A DNA stretch of 64,000 nt, from assembly GCF_030144855.1 (NCBI RefSeq), contig NC_082722.1, forward strand, positions 1,922,001 through 1,986,000. Reading direction: 5' to 3'. Shown here piece by piece: positions 61,345-64,000 of the stretch (position 1 is its first letter; every line of letters starts with the position of its first letter). Both the position numbers and the translations under genes were made by a program. Below the pieces are notes generated by a model. That model was not told the DNA's origin. It did no database searches and saw only the letters and a list, made by a program, of their open reading frames with translations. This DNA comes from Hypanus sabinus (taxonomy: Eukaryota).

Positions 61345-64000
61345 TATAGAATAGTACAGCACATTACAGGCCGTTCGGCCCACAATGTTGTGCCAACCTA
61401 CAATCCCTGCCTCCCATATAACGCCACACCTTAAATTCCTCCAAGTACCTGTCTTGTAGTCTCTTAAACTTCACTAGTGTATCTGCCTCCACCACTGACT
61501 CAGGCAGTGCATTCCACGCACTAACCACTCTCTGAGTGAACAACATTCCTCCAAAATCCCCCTTGAATTTCCCTCCCCTTACCTTAAAGCCATGCCCTCT
61601 TGTACTGAGCAGTGGTACCCTAGGGAAGAGGCGCTGGCTGTCCACTCTGTCTATTCCTCTTAATATCTTGTATACCTCTATCATGTCTCCTCTCATCCCC
61701 CTTCTCTCCAAAGAGTAAAGCCCTAGCTCCCTTAATCTCTAATCATAATCCATACTCTGTAAACCAGGTAGCATCCTGGTAAATCTCCTCTGTACCCTTT
61801 CCAATCCTTCCACATCCTTCCTACAGTGAAGCGATCAGAATTCGACACAGTACTCTCAGTGTGACCTAACCAGAGTTTTATAGAGCTGCATCATTGCATC
61901 GCGACTCTTAAACTCTATCTCTCGACTCCTGAAAGCTAACACCCCATAAGCTTTCTAGGCAACTTTCAGGGATCTGTGGACATGTATCCCCAGATCCCTC
62001 TACTCCTCTACACTACCAAATATCTTGCCATTTACTTTGTACTCTGCCTTGGAGTTTGTCCTTCCAAAGTGTACCACCTCACACTTCTCCAGGTTGAACT
62101 CCATCTGCCACTTCTCAGCCCACTTCTGCATCCTATCAATGTCTCTCTGCAATCTTTGACAATCCTCTACACTATCTACAGCATCACCAACCTTTGTGTC
62201 GTCTGCAAACTTGCCAACCCACCCTTTTACCCGCACATCCAGGTCGTTAATAAACATCACCAAATGTAGAGGTCCCAGAACAGATCCTCGTGGGACACCA
62301 CTAGTCACAACCCTCCAATCTGAATGTACTCCCTCCACCACAACCCTCTGCCTTCTGCAGGCAAGCCAATTCTGAATCCATCTGGCCAAACTTCCCTGGA
62401 TCCTATGCCTTCTGACTTTCTGAATAAGCCTACCATGTGGAACCTTGTCAAATGCCTTACTAAAATCCATGTAGATCACATCCACTGCACTATCCTCATC
62501 TATATGCCTGGTCACATCCTCAAAGAAAACTGTCAGGCTTGTTACGCATGATCTGCCCTTCACAAAGCCATGCTGACTGTCCCCGATCAGACCATGATTC
62601 TCTAAATGCCCATAGATCCTATCTCTATGAATCTTTTCCAACAACTTTCCCACCACAGACGTAAGGCTCACTGGTCAATAATTACCTGGACTATCCCTGC
62701 TAACTTTTTTGAACAAGGGGACAACATTTGCCTCCCTCCAATCCTCCTGTACCATTCCCGTGGACAACGAGGACATAAAGATCCTAGCCAGAGGTTCAAC
62801 AATCTCTTCCCTTGCTTCTTGTAGCAGCCTGGGGAATATTCCGTCAGGCCCCGGGGGCTTATCCGTCCTAATGTATTTTAACAACTCCAACAACTCCTCT
62901 CCCTTAGTATTAACATGCTCCAGAACATCAACCTCACTCATATTGTCCTCACCGTCATCAAGTTCCCTCTCAGAGGTGATTAATTAAAAATTTCCCTGTC
63001 CTCTCTGATTCTATCCTTTTCCATGATAATGCTAAAGGTCAGGGAGCGGTGATCACTGTCCCCCAGATGCTCACCCACTGACAGATCTGTGACCTGACCC
63101 GGTTCGGTACCTAATACTAGATCTAGTATGGCATACCCCCTCGTCAGCCTGTCAACATACTGTGACAGGAATCCATCCTGGACACACTTAACAAACTTTG
63201 CCCCATCTAAACCCCCGGAACTGATCAAGTGCCAATCAATATTAGGGAAGTTAAAGTCACCCATGATAACAGCCCTGTTATTTTTGCACCTTTCCAAAAT
63301 CTGCCTCCCAGTCTGCTCCTCGGTATCTCTGCTGCTACAAGGGGCCCTATAGAATACCCCTAGTAGGGTAACGCTCCCTTCCTGTTCCTGACTTCCACCC
63401 ATACTGACTCAAAAGAGGATCCTGCTTCATTACCCACCCTTCCTGCAGCTGTAATAGTATCCCTGACCAGTAATGCCACCCTTTCTCCCCTTTCTCTCCT
63501 CTCTCTATCCCTTTTAAAGAACAGAAATCCAGGAATATTGAGAATCCATTCCTGCCCTGGTGCCAGCCAAGTCTCCGTAATGGCCACTACATCATAATTC
63601 CAAGCTTTCAGTTCATCACCTTTGTTCCTGATGCTTCTTGCATTGAAGTACACACACTTCAGCCCTTCAACCTTATTACCTTTAGACCCTCTATTCTGCT
63701 TCTCTTTCCTCAAAGCCTTTCTATATGTTAGATCTGGCTTTACTCCATGCACTTCTTTCACTGCTCTATCGCTCCGGGTCCCATGCCCCTTGCAAATTAG
63801 TTTAAACCCCCCCCCCCGAACCATGCTAGCAAATGTACCAGCAAAATATTGCTCCCCCTCGAGTTCAGGTGCAACCCATCAAATCTGTACAGGTCCCATC
63901 TTCCCCAGAAGAGATCCCAATGGTCCAAAAATCTAAAACCCTGCCCCCTGCACCAACTCCTCAGCCACGCATTCAACTGACATCTCCAATTCTTACCATC
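61345..64000 (-). mobile_element. CR1 LINE (ORF1 end, APE, RT, 3' end), 5' part cut by window edge
   Basis: [54 protein letters not shown]; 3' tail at 61345. Confidence 0.92.

Overview
Vertebrate genomic DNA, inferred from its repeat complement to be most likely cartilaginous fish (ray/shark). It is dominated by decayed, nested retroelements: CR1 LINEs with an esterase ORF1, Rex1/Babar, L1, Penelope-like elements with hammerhead-type motifs, and tRNA-derived SINEs. Embedded in this are two intron-containing immunoglobulin-superfamily genes that the ORF track shows only as fragments, arranged tail-to-tail. Gene 1 (+, 2956-~6830) has leader, a germline-joined V(J) exon, a C1-set exon, a 30-nt connecting-peptide exon, an Arg-containing transmembrane (TM) exon with almost no tail, and a separate 3'UTR exon; this resembles TCR alpha/delta exon organisation but without RSS or rearrangement. 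Gene 2 (-, ~49161 down to ~36-37 kb) has a paralogous leader, V(J) and C1, a 51-nt linker exon, a neutral TM exon, several cytoplasmic mini-exons and a possible alternative Arg-containing TM cassette. The best candidate for a new system is this pair of non-rearranging, antigen-receptor-like VJ-C1 receptors. All exon models were derived by hand from splice signals and reading phase. They need transcript confirmation, especially the gene 2 tail. Repeat boundaries are approximate (about +/-50 bp) unless a target-site duplication (TSD) is given.
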